A stretch of DNA of 64,000 nt, taken from an uncultured delta proteobacterium. GTDB lineage: Bacteria > Desulfobacterota > Binatia > Binatales > Binataceae. The translations under genes and the position numbers were made by a program. Positions 63,497-64,000 of this stretch are shown piece after piece. The stretch is taken from assembly GCA_963842085.1 (NCBI GenBank), contig CAWJET010000001.1:992001-1056000 (forward strand), read 5' to 3'. The notes beneath the pieces were generated by a model. That model was not told the origin of the DNA, searched no databases, and saw only the letters and a list, made by a program, of their open reading frames with translations. The first letter of the stretch is position 1; each line of letters begins with the position of its first letter.

Positions 63497-64000
63497 ATGG
63501 CAATTGCACGAAAATCGCACGGCATCGACGAAACGCCGTCGCGTCCCGCACCGGCATTGGCGAGGGCCGGCGTGCGGCCGGCCAAGTCGCGCGGCCAGAA
63601 TTTTCTCACCAGCGCCGGTGTCGCGAATCGAATCGTCGCGGCGGCGGAGCTGTCCGAATCGGACGCGGTAGTCGAGATAGGTCCCGGGCTGGGCATTCTG
63701 ACCGAAAAGATCGTGGTGCGGCCGCGACGCTCGCTGACGCTGGTGGAACTCGACTCGCGGCTTGCGGCCCGGCTCCAGGAGCGCTTCGCAGGTAGCGCGA
63801 ACGCTCGCGTCATCAACGGCGACTTTCTTGCGATCGATTTCGCGGCACTCACCGGCGATTCACCTGTCAAGGTAATCGGCAATCTTCCGTTCAATGCCGC
63901 GGCGGCTATCCTGCGGCGGCTCAGCGACAACTCGCGCCTGATTTCGAGAATGGTCCTGATGTTTCAGCGCGAGGTTGCCGCGCGTATCCGCGCCACGCCC
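63497..64000 (+). CDS. rsmA: 16S rRNA dimethyltransferase RsmA/KsgA (5' part, runs off the window)
   Basis: Own translation shows GQNFL, VEIGPGLGILT, GNLPFN and MFQREVA. Confidence 0.92.
   Translation, partial: MAIARKSHGIDETPSRPAPALARAGVRPAKSRGQNFLTSAGVANRIVAAAELSESDAVVEIGPGLGILTEKIVVRPRRSLTLVELDSRLAARLQERFAGSANARVINGDFLAIDFAALTGDSPVKVIGNLPFNAAAAILRRLSDNSRLISRMVLMFQREVAARIRATP

Overview
GC-rich diderm bacterial chromosome segment, mostly housekeeping genes. Gene order (kdsB-pyrG-kdsA-lptC-lptA-rpoN-hpf-ptsN-rapZ, rsmD-coaD, carD-ispD, DUF1844-degQ, tsaD-rsmA) suggests a former Deltaproteobacteria-type lineage; this is inference, not a database result. It also holds a partial complex I cluster (nuoE,H,J,K,L,M,N), a solo groEL, cysK-larE and several small secreted Ala/Pro/His-rich proteins. 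The accessory hotspot is about 48.7-55.9 kb. It has nested palindromic REP-like repeats and a lower-GC HEPN/DUF5677-like gene split at codon 10 by a complete IS3-family element (49511-50730, GAAC duplication). It also has a complete 2950-bp IS1595-family element (51689-54638, AACTAAAA duplication) carrying a PIN nuclease plus a large partner gene, inserted next to a parS-like site. One REP copy lies in frame inside a GT9 gene. Other oddities are a YfhL ferredoxin-TM-HSP20-like fusion, an LptA with a ~300-aa Pro/Ala tether and no adjacent lptB, an Lnt-like protein with Ser at the catalytic Cys position, and a His-rich mini-collagen behind a sigma54-like promoter. All calls come from reading motifs by eye; no searches were run.
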